The position numbers and the translations under genes were made by a program. A stretch of 64,000 bases of DNA. It comes from Eledone cirrhosa (Eukaryota). The stretch covers positions 207,080,001 through 207,144,000 of the forward strand of contig OZ024740.1 in the NCBI GenBank assembly GCA_964016885.1, given 5' to 3'. Under the pieces are notes generated by a model, which did no database searches, was not told the DNA's origin, and saw only the letters and a list, made by a program, of their open reading frames with translations. This document shows positions 32,015-50,990 of this stretch, piece by piece (position 1 is the stretch's first letter; the number at the start of each line of letters is the position of its first letter).

Positions 32015-32222
32015 ATATAATACATATATATATATTATATATATATATATATAATAATATATATATATATCATATATATATATATAATAATATATATATA
32101 TATTATATATATAGATATAATACATATATATATATAATACATATATATATAATATATTTATATATATGTATAATACATATATATAATACATATATATAAT
32201 ATATATATATAATACATATATG

Positions 32223-32266
<44 letters not shown>

Positions 32267-32319
32267 ATATTATATATACATATATATATATGTATTATAT
32301 ATATATATATATATAATAC

Positions 32320-32388
<69 letters not shown>

Positions 32389-32397
32389 CATACATAT

Positions 32398-33567
<1,170 letters not shown>

Positions 33568-33598
33568 TATATATAATATATATATATATATATAATAC

Positions 33599-33633
<35 letters not shown>

Positions 33634-33694
33634 ATACATATATATATAATACATATATATATAATACATATATATATAATACACACATATATAT

Positions 33695-33786
<92 letters not shown>

Positions 33787-33882
33787 CATATATATATTTT
33801 TTTATGCTAAATGTGGTATCCCTGAAATATGTATAATGAAATATATATGGTTTTATAAATATAGTTTCCATTTATTAATATC

Positions 33883-33956
<74 letters not shown>

Positions 33957-33983
33957 CATATATATATAATACATATATATATA

Positions 33984-34017
<34 letters not shown>

Positions 34018-34236
34018 CGTTTATATATAATACATATATATATAATACATATATATATAATACATATATATATATAATACATATATATATAATACATATA
34101 TATAATACATATATAATACATATATATATAATACATATATATATATAATACATATATATATATATATATATCATACATATATAATACATATATATATATA
34201 TATAATACATATATAATACATATATATATATATATA

Positions 34237-34274
<38 letters not shown>

Positions 34275-34348
34275 CATATATATATATATAATACATATAT
34301 ATATATATATATATATAATACATATATATATATATATAAATATATATA

Positions 34349-34454
<106 letters not shown>

Positions 34455-34545
34455 GTAAGAGTTCTATTTAAATTGTTGGGATATAACAAGCAAATATTTT
34501 TTATAACTGATATAAAGCACTCAACAAATATTTGGAGTAAAAATA

Positions 34546-34933
34546 CGATGTTAACAAATGGAAACTATATTTATAAAACTATATTTATTTCATTATATAT
34601 ATTTGAAGGACACCACGTTAAATTATGGTGTGCTTTCATCAGATAAAATATAATATAGATCAGTTTTATAAATAAATATTGATATACCCTTAAAGAATGC
34701 AACCATTACTGTTCGAAGCTTAAAAAATGCAACCATTACTGTTGGAAGCTCCCGGGAGCTTCCTAACAGTAATGGTTGCATTCTTTAAGGGTATGTCAAT
34801 ATTTATTTATAAAACTGATCTATATTATATTTTATCTGATGAAAGCACACCATAATTTAACTTCGTGCCCTTGAAATATGTATAATGAAATAAATATAGT
34901 TTTATAAATATAGTTTCCATTTGTTAATATCGT
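34546..34933. mobile_element. Fold-back (head-to-head) pair of family B HHR elements
   Basis: Inverted arms centred on GAAGCTCCCGGGAGCTTC. The + strand HHR at 34828-34892 has an intact core; the - strand HHR at 34586-34650 has GAAA changed to CAAA. Confidence 0.8.
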
Positions 34934-34959
34934 ATATATATATATATATATATAATACA

Positions 34960-35150
34960 TCTAAGGCGGGTAAAATTCCCGAGATCCATGGACGAGTTCT
35001 CTCCAGCGGTCTCTATCCCTCATTATCGCTGCCATGTCCTGCATCTCCAACAGACCAGTGTCTGTCCTTAGGGCATCAACATACGTTAACCTTGGTCTCC
35101 CTCTTCTAATGTGTCCATGTAGAGGTTCCCAAAGGATGTAGGGGCTCCCA
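34960..35150 (-). mobile_element. RTE-group LINE 3' end (second family)
   Basis: Minus strand encodes ILWEPLHGHIRRGRPRLTYVDALRTDTG..MRDRDRWR. The same terminus occurs at 46365-46462. Confidence 0.75.
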
Positions 35151-35355
35151 TATATATATATGTATATATATAAATAATACATATATATATAAATAATACA
35201 TATATATATATATATATAAATAATACATAGATATATAAATAATACATATATATATATAAATAATACATATATATATAAATAATACTTATATATATAGATA
35301 TATAAATAATACATATATATATAAACTGATGCGTGCATATATGTATGTGTACCTG

Positions 35356-35391
<36 letters not shown>

Positions 35392-35686
35392 TGCTACTGT
35401 ACGTCTGTATACATATATGTATGTACGTATACATACATACTTACATTTAAGTAAGTGCCATACTAAGAGTGAGAAATGAAATTTCGTTTTCATTTTTTTC
35501 AACATATATATATAGATATATAAATAATACATATATATATATATATAATACATATATATATATATAATACATATATATACAGTACATATATATACATATA
35601 TATACATATATATATAATACATATATATATATAATACATATATATACATATATATACAATACATATATATACATATATATATATAA

Positions 35687-38248
<2,562 letters not shown>

Positions 38249-38259
38249 TATATATATAC

Positions 38260-38312
<53 letters not shown>

Positions 38313-38313
38313 C

Positions 38314-38396
<83 letters not shown>

Positions 38397-38398
<2 letters not shown>

Positions 38399-38521
38399 GG
38401 TGAAGGCGTGTGGCTGACTTGTTAGAGAATTGGATTCGCAATCGTAAGGTTGTGAGTTCGATTCCTGGACCAGGCTATGCGTTATATCCTTGAGCAAGAC
38501 ACTTTATTTCACGTTGCTCCT
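38397..38521 (+). mobile_element. tRNA-derived SINE (second family), 5' part
   Basis: A box GTGGCTGACTTG, B box GAGTTCGATTCC, then TCCTTGAGCAAGACACTTT. Confidence 0.75.
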
Positions 38522-38786
38522 TCTAACTGGAGTTGCGACCGATAGATAGTATTAGCAATTGGAAAGACCAACGGAAACATTGTTCCCCCGGTCCGATTTG
38601 ACGAAAGTCGATCGTTCCTACATATATATAATATACATAATATATATATATATCATATATATATATATATATAATGCATGTATATATATATATAAATAAT
38701 ACATATATATAAATAATACATATATATATATATATATATAAATTATACACATATATATATATATATAATTTTATATATATATATGT

Positions 38787-38860
<74 letters not shown>

Positions 38861-38890
38861 CATATATATATATAATACATAGATATATAT

Positions 38891-41040
38891 ATATTCATTA
38901 GTTAAGCAAAACAAGACCACAAACTTCACAAGGAAGACATTATTAAAAGATTGTCAACATATTTTAGTTTGATGTAAGGATTGTAGAGAATAATAATAAT
39001 ATTAATAATAATAATGTCCGTTTACAATTGTTTCGCTACTCCATATAATATTTCTGGATCAGATGACTATATATCATAATTGATCGTGTTCAGTTGAAAA
39101 TAATTAACATATTTAAAAAACAGAGTGGCTCATCGGAACTCAAAGGAACATAAATTAAAATAATAATGTTACATAATATAATGTTCCATATATTGGTTTT
39201 ACTATGGTGTCTTGGTTGCATCAGCTGTCAGCCATAATCAAGTAGTATTCATCTGTCGAGGCTGCATTGTGTGAGATCTGCCTATGGGTAACAAGATGGC
39301 TGCCAAAGGGCATATTTACCTTACTAATTAGAGGGTGGTTTCAGGAGAAGTAACTTCTCGCGAGATTAGAGATTGTGAGTATTTATAGTTAAGTGCTAGT
39401 TTTTAAATTTTTTAATTGAGAGACAATGTAGAAGAGGTAACTTATAATTATCGAGTTGTTCATAGCAATTTAACTTATTAGCTACAAGTAGAAATGGGGC
39501 TACATGACTATGTTGGGTCAAATATTCTATTGGCGAAGGAATTAGCCCTTCGATGTTGACAGCTAATAGTTACCTCCGTTCTATCGTTAATCGGTAAGGT
39601 CGTGATATAGTTATGTAATATGCTTCCGTAATACAGAGATCACAAGATTTTCTTCGTCCATTGAACGGTTGGGCCCTAGCTAAGATATCCCATTTTAGTG
39701 CGTGTTCAATGTTGCTTAATTTAAGGTTTTTAATGAGCCTAGCTAGAGATGTCGAACATCTGTTGCTAGGGTCTCGGAAGGAAAAAGAGTGCGCGTTATA
39801 GCGTACCTTAAAAGGGTGAGAGGTAGACTCGATATAAGAGCCGGTATTCGAAGCAGTCTCAACCGTGCACCTATAGACTATGTTGGGTGTCAGGCAGTGT
39901 CCATTTAATGGTCATGCATTGGGGTAACGGCAGTTGCAGTTGCTTCTGCGGTTAGTGAGAGTAGGGTTGCTTAACCTAAGCAGTTAGTCCGTGCTAGAAG
40001 GATTAGATGGGGGAGGTGTGCTACTAGAGTAATTATTGGTGTAGTGGCGTTGTGTACTTGATAGGGGTGGTGGTACCGCGGTGTGGGAGTTATACTGTCT
40101 TAGCTTATGATGGCTAGCTAGGTTAGGTGTTGTGGAGAATGAGATTTCAATGTTATTTTTATTAAAGAGTTTGTAATATCTATGGTTGGGGGGGATGTGT
40201 TTGGATAGGATAGAGAAGAAGCGTTTGGGGATATTAGTGGCTAGATTAGATGTGAATGGTGGGTTGAGCCACGTGATATTTCTAGGTCTATTCCTTCTAG
40301 GGGTTTAGTGGAGTTGGTAGGGGCCTTCCTAGGGTTATTATTACCTGGGAATTTGTTATTTGTCATCCCATTTCTCATTCCTATTCTAGGGTTGATTTTT
40401 AGTTTGCTACTTGGAGTGGGGAGCAGGCCGCTGCCACCATTAGGGTTCCCTGTATAGGTGCTGTTACTGCTAAAATTCCAGCGAATCTGGCTATATGCTA
40501 AGGTATTTCTAGTTCTAGTGTTAAGTTTATTATGGTGAGTTGCTGTGTTATGGCATGTAGGTATGTAATAAATTGATTGTTTATAACCAGATTCAGAGAG
40601 AGCCTTATTATAATATTGTGCGTGGTTTATAAATATCTCTTCATATACTGATAGCATTGAGATCCTATAGGAGATAGATTTGATTACTGCTCTGATGACT
40701 GCCGGTTAGAGCGTGGGCTAATATATGTGAGTATTTTACCTGGTTTATGGTAAGGGTTATAAAGGTTATTGATGAGATCAAGGGTAAAATATGTTGACAA
40801 TCTTTTAATAATGTCTTCCTTGTGAAGTTTGTGGTCTTGTTTTGCTTAACTAATGAATATTTCCAGCTCTGCGCACCTAACTTCTGCATGAACCCAGCCA
40901 CCTAGCTTCTTTCTACTGCATATTGCACATTGAGCACATGCCTTTACGCTTTGGCTTCTAACTAACTCACCAATCTCTCCTCTCATATCTCCTCTACTAT
41001 CTCCATCTCTCTCTTAAAGATTGGTTACTCTTGAACTGTG
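38891..41040 (-). mobile_element. Decayed Hydra-type Penelope-like element with inverted terminal copy
   Basis: Minus-strand remnants PYHKP, YYNKALSESGY, WLNPPF, CNC..CPL, IVYRC, CDLCITE. 38891-38966 is the reverse complement of 40785-40860. Confidence 0.85.
39020..39139 (-). ncRNA. Type I hammerhead with CCGAUGA core and 95-nt stem II
   Basis: Minus strand reads GTT-CCGATGA-GCCACTC...GAGTAGC-GAAA-CAATT-GTA-AAC. Confidence 0.65.
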
Positions 41041-41080
41041 TATATATATATATAATACATATATATATATATATATATAA

Positions 41081-41112
<32 letters not shown>

Positions 41113-41249
41113 ATACATATATATATAATATATATATATAAATATATAATATATATATATATATAATATATAATATATATATATATATATATAATATATT
41201 ATATATATATATATATATATAATATATAATATATATATATATATATATA

Positions 41250-41314
<65 letters not shown>

Positions 41315-42372
41315 TATGTATAATATATATATATAATATATATATATATAATACATATATATATAATATATATATATATAATATATATATATATAATACA
41401 TATATATAATACATATATATAATACATATATATAATACATATATATATAATACATATATATATATAATACATATATATATAATACATGTATATAAAATAC
41501 ATGTATATATAATACATATATATATAATACATATATATAATACATATATATAATACATATATATATAATACATATATATATAATACATATATATATAATA
41601 CATGTATATATATAATACATGTATATATATAATACATGTATATATAATACATATATATATAATACATATATAATACATATATATATAATACATATATATA
41701 TAATACATATATATAATACACATATATATAATACATATATATATAATATATATATATGTATAATACATATATAATATATATATATATTTATATAATACAT
41801 ATATATAATACATATATATATAATACATATATATATAATACATATATATATAATGCATATATATATATAATACATATATATCATACATATATATAATACA
41901 TATATATAATACATATATATATATAACATATATATATATAACATATATATATATAATACATATATATAATACATATATATATATAATACATATATATATA
42001 TATAATACATATATATAATACATATATATATATATAATACATATATATATAATATATATATAATATATATATGTATATATAATACATATATATATAATAC
42101 ATATATATATATAATACATATATATATATATAATACATATATATATATAATACATATATATATATAATACATATATATATATAATACATATATATATATA
42201 ATACATATATATATATATATAATACATATATATATATAATACATATATATATATAACGCTTATATATATATAATACATATATATATATAATACATATATA
42301 TATATAATACATATATATATATAATACATATATATATATAATACATATATATATATATAATACATATATATA

Positions 42373-42416
<44 letters not shown>

Positions 42417-42430
42417 CATATATATATATA

Positions 42431-42464
<34 letters not shown>

Positions 42465-42754
42465 CATATATATAATACATATATATATAATACATATATA
42501 TATAATACATATATATATAATACATATATATATAATACATATATATATAATACATATATATAATACATACATATAATACATATATATAATACATATATAT
42601 ATAATACATATATATAATACATATATATATATAATACATATATATATAATTCATATATATAATACATATATATATATATATAATACATATATATATAATA
42701 CGTATATATAATACATATATATATAATACATATATATATAATACATATATATAA

Positions 42755-42894
42755 TTGTTTCTACTTTAGGCACAAGCCCAGCAATTACCCAGTGCATTAC
42801 TGGTACTTTATTCTATCGACCCCCGTAAGGATGAAAGGCAAACTCAACCTCGGCGGGATTTGAACTCAGATCGTAAAGGGACGTAACTATGCTG
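42755..42894 (-). mobile_element. Octopus-type SINE, 5'-truncated by the array
   Basis: Reverse complement of the 3' 140 bp of 2722-2905. Confidence 0.85.
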
Positions 42895-43189
42895 TAAAAT
42901 AATACATATATATATAATACATATATATAATACATATATATATAATACATATATATAATACATATATATATAATACATATATATATATAATACATATATA
43001 TATAATACATATATATATATAATATATATATATATAATACATATATATAATACATATATATATATTCCAAATATATATAATACATATATATATATACATA
43101 TATATATATAATACATATATATATAATACATATATATATAATACATATATATATAATACATATATATATATAATATATATATATAATAT

Positions 43190-43252
<63 letters not shown>

Positions 43253-43275
43253 ATACATATATATATATAATATAT

Positions 43276-43342
<67 letters not shown>

Positions 43343-43356
43343 CATATATATATATA

Positions 43357-43392
<36 letters not shown>

Positions 43393-43435
43393 ATACATAT
43401 ATATATAATACATATATATATAATACATATATATA

Positions 43436-45762
43436 CCAGATAGAAAAATGCGTACAGCAAAAAAAAGTAATATTGTTGGAATATAAACCTTTAAAAATGC
43501 AGGACAAGAAACTAAAATAAAACTTTAAAAGAATAGGAGAAGAAACTAAGATAAAACTTTAAAGAATTGGACAAGAAATAAAAAATGTTACAATAATATT
43601 AGTGGCAAAATTTTTATTGGTAAAAAATCGAGTTCCACATTCATAGGCTCTGGGTTCCACATTGAGAGGTCGTCGTCAGACCGGGGGTCATTTGATCCTG
43701 GTTTGAACACCAATTGGGCCATAACCATACCCCTATTTCATCATTCGGCGACACGCCTCATGTGTCATGCATAATGTGAATGGACCCATGGGCCCATGAG
43801 CACAGATCTTGAGCAGCAGCGGACGGTCTTGTCGTCCCGCTCATCCTTGATCTTGACCAACCCGTCCATCTTCTCCTTGCATCTTGTCCTTGAGTTCAAG
43901 TCCGGCAGTCCAGATGAATGCGTGCCACAGCTTTCTGGTACAGGAAGGGGGAGCAGGAGGACTGGAGGGTGACGGGACAGAGGGAGGGAGGACCGGTGGT
44001 TGAGGGAGGTGCCGTAGTCGGTGGTCAGAGTCGACATCTTGTCCCGGTCGTCTTCTCCATCTTCGTCTGGTGTTGCGGGACCAGAAGTGCATTCTTGGAG
44101 GAGACCTGCAGCTGCATCGGCCAATTCTTCTTGCAATGGTCATTCTGACGGAGCAGAACTGCTCAGCCAACCAACCCCAACCAGAACCAACCGTTCAGGG
44201 GCAACGCACAATGAGAGCATGACAATTATTATGCACTAATCAAGAAGATACTGGGGCATAGCACAGGAAACGAATAAAAAAATGTTGCCACTAATATTAT
44301 TGTAAAATTTTTTATTTCTTGTCCAATTCTTTAAAGTTTTATCTTAGTTTCTTGTCCTATTCTTTTAAAGTTTTATCTTAGTTTCTAGTCCTATTCTTTT
44401 AAAGTTTTATTTTAGTTTCTTGTCCTGTATTTTTAAAGGTTTATATTCCAACAATATTACTTTTTTTGCTGTACGCATTTTTCTATCTGGTCTACTATTT
44501 TTTAAGGCAATGCAAGCAACAACAATCTAATAATTAAATGATCATAGTGAATTACTGACAAGTGATTGACATTTTAAAGTTCTTTTGAGTATAATTGCAA
44601 TCTAGTTGAGGCAACTGGCTTAATGACAAAGCTAGTAAATCATGAATGCATTTGAGATGATTAGTGCATAATAGTGAATTGGTGAAACTTGTGCATTTCA
44701 ATGGTGTTACAACAATAGATGTAAGTTATATAGTAGTAATACTTTATCATTTTAACTTTTTAGAATGGACAAAAACCCATGCAAAGAAATGACTTTGACT
44801 GCAGTGATTCTCTCCAATTTACTTACAAAGCAAAACGTGGTCAAATACCTTATCATCTCTGATAAAATGCCCATTGAATCACTGAAAATCGGATGCATGG
44901 AATTCCTCATAAAATGCACCTACGAATCGGAAGCCATCACATATATCAATGGATATAGGGAGTTGTTCACACTGGAAGACCATCACTTCATTTGTGACTT
45001 CATCAGTTATCTCCACGATTATCTCAGACACCCAATGCCATTGATGAGAGGTGATCCAATGTGTGAGCATGTAACTAATCTTATAGAAGTTGTTATCGAC
45101 CACCTGGCTTTTAGTGATATTTGACTGATTTGACTGATAATGATGTATTTTTAAAAAGTATGTGTACATTCTTGTTACTATTTTAAGGCAATGCAAGCAA
45201 CAACTATTTAATAAAATTTAAATTTAAAAATGACCATTGTGCATTACTAGTATGATGACATTTTATTAAGTCTCAAAATTAGTCAGTCAGCCATAGAACA
45301 AGGATCAGGTAGCAAAAACATTGGCAAAAATTTGTGTCAATTTAAGATTTCCAACATTGTTCAAATGAATCATATCTGGTTTGAAGTCAGATTTGTCAAA
45401 TTTTGACCAATTTTCAATGTTGTGAAGATTGGGCAAGTTCAATTTTTGAATCATTTCTTTCGTGCAGTAATTAAACTTTTCCAAACGTCGTCATTTCTGG
45501 ATTACCTCCCCTAGCGTCACGCTTACTACTCACTCACTTGAACACAAGATTTATCAGCAAACTTTGATTATAAACTTTTTCCCGCTGGACCAAATTTCTA
45601 GATTTTTAAGGCAAAAGATGCGTAATGATCTGCTGTTCATGTTCATATAAGTTTTATCTCAGTTAAATAAAGTAGAGCCGCGCTGTACTGTCGTAAACAG
45701 ACGATTGCCAACGAAAACACGACCACAACAATATTACTAAACGGACGACCGTCCGTTTAGGA
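43436..45762. mobile_element. Cargo-bearing island with a Helentron/Helitron-like hairpin terminus
   Basis: Inverted repeats 43436-43618 / 44274-44490; diverged ~90-bp direct repeats at 44493 and 45176; terminal hairpin CTAAACGGACG-AC-CGTCCGTTTAG at 45737-45760 next to the array. Confidence 0.45.
44765..45124 (+). CDS. 119-aa ORF or terminal exon with BTB C-terminal/BACK (SPOP/BPM-like) helical motif
   Basis: SNLLTKQNVVKYLIISDKMPIESLKIGCMEFLI aligns by eye to the SPOP-type [31 protein letters not shown] pattern. It is preceded by acceptor-like TTTAACTTTTTAG and followed by AATAAA at 45210. Confidence 0.5.
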   Translation: MDKNPCKEMTLTAVILSNLLTKQNVVKYLIISDKMPIESLKIGCMEFLIKCTYESEAITYINGYRELFTLEDHHFICDFISYLHDYLRHPMPLMRGDPMCEHVTNLIEVVIDHLAFSDI

Positions 45763-45833
45763 TAATACATATATATATATATATCTATATATATATATAT
45801 AATACATATATATAATATATATATATATAATAC

Positions 45834-45876
<43 letters not shown>

Positions 45877-46128
45877 TATATATATAATACATATATATCT
45901 ATCTATCTATATATATATATATATAATACATATATATATATAATACATATATATATATATATCTATATCTATATATATATATATATAATACATATATATA
46001 TATAATACATATATATATATAATACATATATATATATATATATAATACATATATATATATATATATAATACATATATATATAATACATATATATATATAT
46101 ACATATATATATAATACATATATATATA

Positions 46129-46165
<37 letters not shown>

Positions 46166-46364
46166 GCATATATATATATAATACATATATATATATATAT
46201 AATATATATATATAATACATATATATATATAATATATATATAATATATATATATATATAATACATTTTTCTATAATACATATATATATAATACATATATA
46301 TATAATACATATATATATAATACATATATATAATATATATATATATATAATACATATCTATCTA

Positions 46365-46872
46365 TCTAAGGCGGGTAAAATTCCCGAGATCCATGGACGA
46401 GTTCTCTCCAGCGGTCTCTGTCCCCCATTATCGCTGCCATATCCTGCATCTCCAACAGACCAGTGTTTTGCCTTTTCATGCTCAGAGAGGGTAGATCAAC
46501 CACCAGTCACATCCTGATGCTGAGGAGGATATTAGAGGGAGCTAGAGCAAAGTGCCTTCCTGCGGTCATGGTTTTCATTGACTTTAGGAAGGCCTTTGAT
46601 TCTGTGGACCGTTACTGCCTGATGAAGATCTTACAGGCTTATGGAATCCCCAAGAGGATAGTGGACCTGATATCACTGCTCTACACCAACACCAAAGCCC
46701 AAGTCATTACACCTGATGGGATGACAGAGTTCTTTGAGATACTGGCTGGAGTGCTCCAGGGAGATACATTGGCTCCCTACCTTTTTATCATCGTAGTGGA
46801 CTATTGTATGCGCCTTGCACTGGAGAAACATCAGGACACTGGCTTTACTGTAGCACCGGCTCAGAGCAGGAG
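46365..46872. mobile_element. RTE-group LINE with internal inversion (3' end on -, RT piece on +)
   Basis: 46365-46462 matches 34960-35060. 46463-46872 encodes REGRSTTSHI, FIDFRKAFDSV and GVLQGDTLAPYLF. Confidence 0.8.
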
Positions 46873-46907
46873 ATAATACATATATATATATAATATATAT
46901 ATAATAC

Positions 46908-46984
<77 letters not shown>

Positions 46985-47265
46985 TATATATATATAATAC
47001 ATATATATATATCTCTCTCTATATATAATACATATATATATATATATATATAATACATATATATAATACATATATATATATATATATATAATACATATAT
47101 ATATATAATACATATATATATAATACATATATATATAATACATATATATATATAATACATATATATATATAATACATATATATAATACATATATATATAA
47201 TACATATATATATAATACATATATATATAATATATATATATATAATATATATATAATATATATAT

Positions 47266-47338
<73 letters not shown>

Positions 47339-47425
47339 TATAATATATATATATATATAATATATATAATATATATATAATATATATATATATATAATAT
47401 ATATATATATATATAATATATATAC

Positions 47426-47508
<83 letters not shown>

Positions 47509-48399
47509 TATATATAATATATATATATATAATATATATAGATTGAGATTGATTATTACACAAACACATTTTGTTTGATTATCTTATTTTAACATTTTAT
47601 TCCTCATACCAATCTATCCAACATATTTCTGACCTTGAGATTGGTTATAGCACACACACACTTTATCCTACTTTATTTGAATCTTCATTTTATTTCTGAC
47701 TTCTCCATATTCATTTTCATTACTTTTTCACCAATTTTTCATTTATTTTATTCTTTATTCTCTATTTATTATTCATTTTCAAATTATACAAATTATATTA
47801 TTTATTTTCTGTTTCCTTCATTTATTGCCTTATATTTCTTCATATACATGGAAGAACCCCCCCCCCCCCCCACGGCCACCACCACTATGAGAGATGGTGG
47901 CAGGAGGGATGAAGAAAAATCACACACAGATACTTCTAAATTGTCAACAGAAGCAAGACATAAGCTGACCACAACACCAACAACACTACCAAAATAATGG
48001 TAGAGGTCAAATGTACTTAACAATAGCAAACACAAACACTACAGGGAGCCTCACCCCAGAAAGAATACTATAGACTTCTGACTGAGGAATGCTCTCAGAA
48101 CTGACCAATGGGAAGTTTGACACTTCTTTTGTTATTTTGTTCCTTTAACACCTTGTCCCTTCTACACTTTATCAGTTTTTTAAGCTAACTCCAACAATAA
48201 CAACACTTAGAATGAAGAATGTTCTAACAACTGACCAATGAGAGGAGAAGAGGCCCTTTCACACTGAAATTCGTTTGTTTGAATTCATATGATTCCAGTT
48301 CCTCAGTGAAATAACAACCCAACCAGGAACTGGGCATATCAGAGTATTGACAATATTATACACTTCAACATGTACTTGTCTATACCACACTAATTCGGA

Positions 48400-48452
48400 C
48401 TGCCTGAAGAGGTCACAGCCAAAGATGGCTGTCACTGAAATATATATAGCAG
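48400..48452 (+). ncRNA. Minimal type I hammerhead, family C
   Basis: Near-identical to 16762-16816, within the homologous island 48293-48505. Confidence 0.8.
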
Positions 48453-48545
48453 CAATAAACGAAGCTAAATTTAAAACATTTGACTTTTTATTTAACTTTA
48501 TTTTATATAATATATATATATATATATATAATACATATATATATA

Positions 48546-48591
<46 letters not shown>

Positions 48592-48686
48592 CATATATAT
48601 ATATATATATATATATAATACATATATATATATATATAATACATATATATATATATATATATATAATAGATATATATATATATATA

Positions 48687-48742
<56 letters not shown>

Positions 48743-48762
48743 CATATATATATATAATACAT

Positions 48763-48823
<61 letters not shown>

Positions 48824-49159
48824 CATATATATATAATATATATATATATATATAATATATTTATATATAATATATATATATAATATATATATATAATACA
48901 TATATATAATACATATATATAATACATATACATATAATATATATATATATAATATATATAATACATATATATAATACATATAAATATAATATATATATAT
49001 ATAATATATATATATATAATACATATATATAATACATATATATATAATATATATATATATAATACATATATATAATACATATATATATACTATATATATA
49101 TATATAATACATATATATAATACATATAAATATAATATATATATATATAATACATATAA

Positions 49160-49226
<67 letters not shown>

Positions 49227-49271
49227 TGTAGCAAATAAGGATAAACGAACAATGCATAGAGCTGCATGTGT

Positions 49272-49332
<61 letters not shown>

Positions 49333-49574
49333 CAGAGAGAGAGAAAGAGGGGGGAGATAGATAAATAGATAAATACTCACATACCCAGGCATATAAACTT
49401 ACATTCAAAGAGAGAGAGAGAGAGACACACACTAAGAAAAATTCAAACAAGTAATTAGCAGCAATTAAAAGTTGAGATTGTCAACGAAAGTGGTTAATTT
49501 AGCTGGTCACCGACTTCAAGTGAGGTGTAATAGAGAAACACAACTTGCGAACAATTAAACAACAGGATATATTT

Positions 49575-49906
49575 CTGGATATTGTTATATTTATGGAGGG
49601 TCATGTTGTCCTAATATTGCCAAAAATAGTAAAACACACTTACTGTTTATAGGAGCACAACGGGAGGGAGGGGTGGCGTCAACGATAATCACTGAAGTTG
49701 TCACAGAAAAATGTGTGACGAAAGAACTTTGAGAAAATATATCTATATTATATTATTAACTGTTGGTCAGGGAACGATAAACACTGAATGCCTGCTTAAT
49801 TATTTATAAAAATATAAAACCATATACTGAAACTGAAGCGAACACCAAACCAAAACAAACCAAACAGTGAGTGTGTTTTATTATTTTTTGCAATATTAGG
49901 ACAACA
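49575..49906 (+). mobile_element. Penelope pLTR relic with inverted head and damaged family D-like HHR (49689-49732)
   Basis: 49605-49650 is inverted to 49861-49906. The motif reads CTGAAGTT GTCACA..TGTGAC GAAAGAACTTTGA. Confidence 0.6.
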
Positions 49907-49924
49907 AATGGTATTTAGATTATA

Positions 49925-50066
49925 AAATGGCAAATTGGTTGAATCGGTAGAGACGGCGGATATAACCCCGTGTGGCATTCGTTCTGATTCTTGTACGATC
50001 TAAGTTCAAATGTCGCCGAAGTAAACTCTACCTTTCATCCATTCGGGGTGATAAATAAAGTACCAA
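49925..50066 (+). mobile_element. Old octopus-type SINE
   Basis: AGTTCAAATG..CCTTTCATCCATTCGGGGTGATAAATAAAGTACCA. Confidence 0.6.
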
Positions 50067-50990
50067 TCTTCTGCTTCTTCTTCCCCCACTTTCTCCTGCG
50101 GGGGGTCGTTGGGAAGACTCCTCAAACACTCCTTCCTGCGGGTCCAGTCAGAAGTAAACTACTCCCCCTCTCCAAAAGAAATCATCTGAAGTTCGAAATC
50201 CAAGAAAGGATGAATTTGGATTATAAACCCCAGAAGTGGGAGATAAAAAGCGAAAATGGTGTGATTTCATGTAGGGGAAACTGGAGGTGTTGAATTTTAA
50301 GCTGTTAACTGGAGAATATAGTATAGATATTTGGACCATAACATACATTATGAACCCATAACTGCCGATGGTACTGTAGGGGTTCCGTCGTGACAGTTCT
50401 TATCGGGAGGACAGAGAAGCCAATCATTTTTTGGATAGAACAGAACGAGCAAATTGTTTCTGTTCTAAACAGAAACAATTTGCTCGTTCTGTTCTAACAG
50501 ACTCAAGACGAGACATTTTAGTGGGAGGAGGAAACCCATTTACTATTTCCAGAGATACAAACACCTCTTCGTCACACATGAGGACTCGTGCAGTCAGATA
50601 AGAGGGCCTCTTGATATCTCCTGAGATATATGTGGGTATGGTGTGGCGTGCGGTGGCCAGAAGCGGGGGAATGCTCGACCGGAAGGGGGCTTGGCCGGAA
50701 GGATGCTCGACCGGAAGGGCCAGCAGAGGGACTCTTTCTAGTGGTGACCAGCAACGGTGTGGACGCGAGATTTGGCAGCTCCCTGTGTTAAGCAGTTGGA
50801 CGCACGTGGAAGAGTAGTAACCTGCAGTGGAGTTAGCGGCGCCTATGAAAAGCGGTAAGTGAGATAGCTTTTTCTAACCACAAGCTATTTCGGCACTGGA
50901 AACAGATCTGATTGAAAAAAAAAAGCTACTGGAAAAACAGAGAGGAGTCTGTTCTTTTTTTTAATCACGTACCGCAAGACAAATCAGAAG

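Noticed and set aside
43765-44136. 123-aa minus-strand ORF as a confident gene
   Set aside because: It has no recognisable domain and overlapping frames are also open, so it is kept only as part of the island finding.
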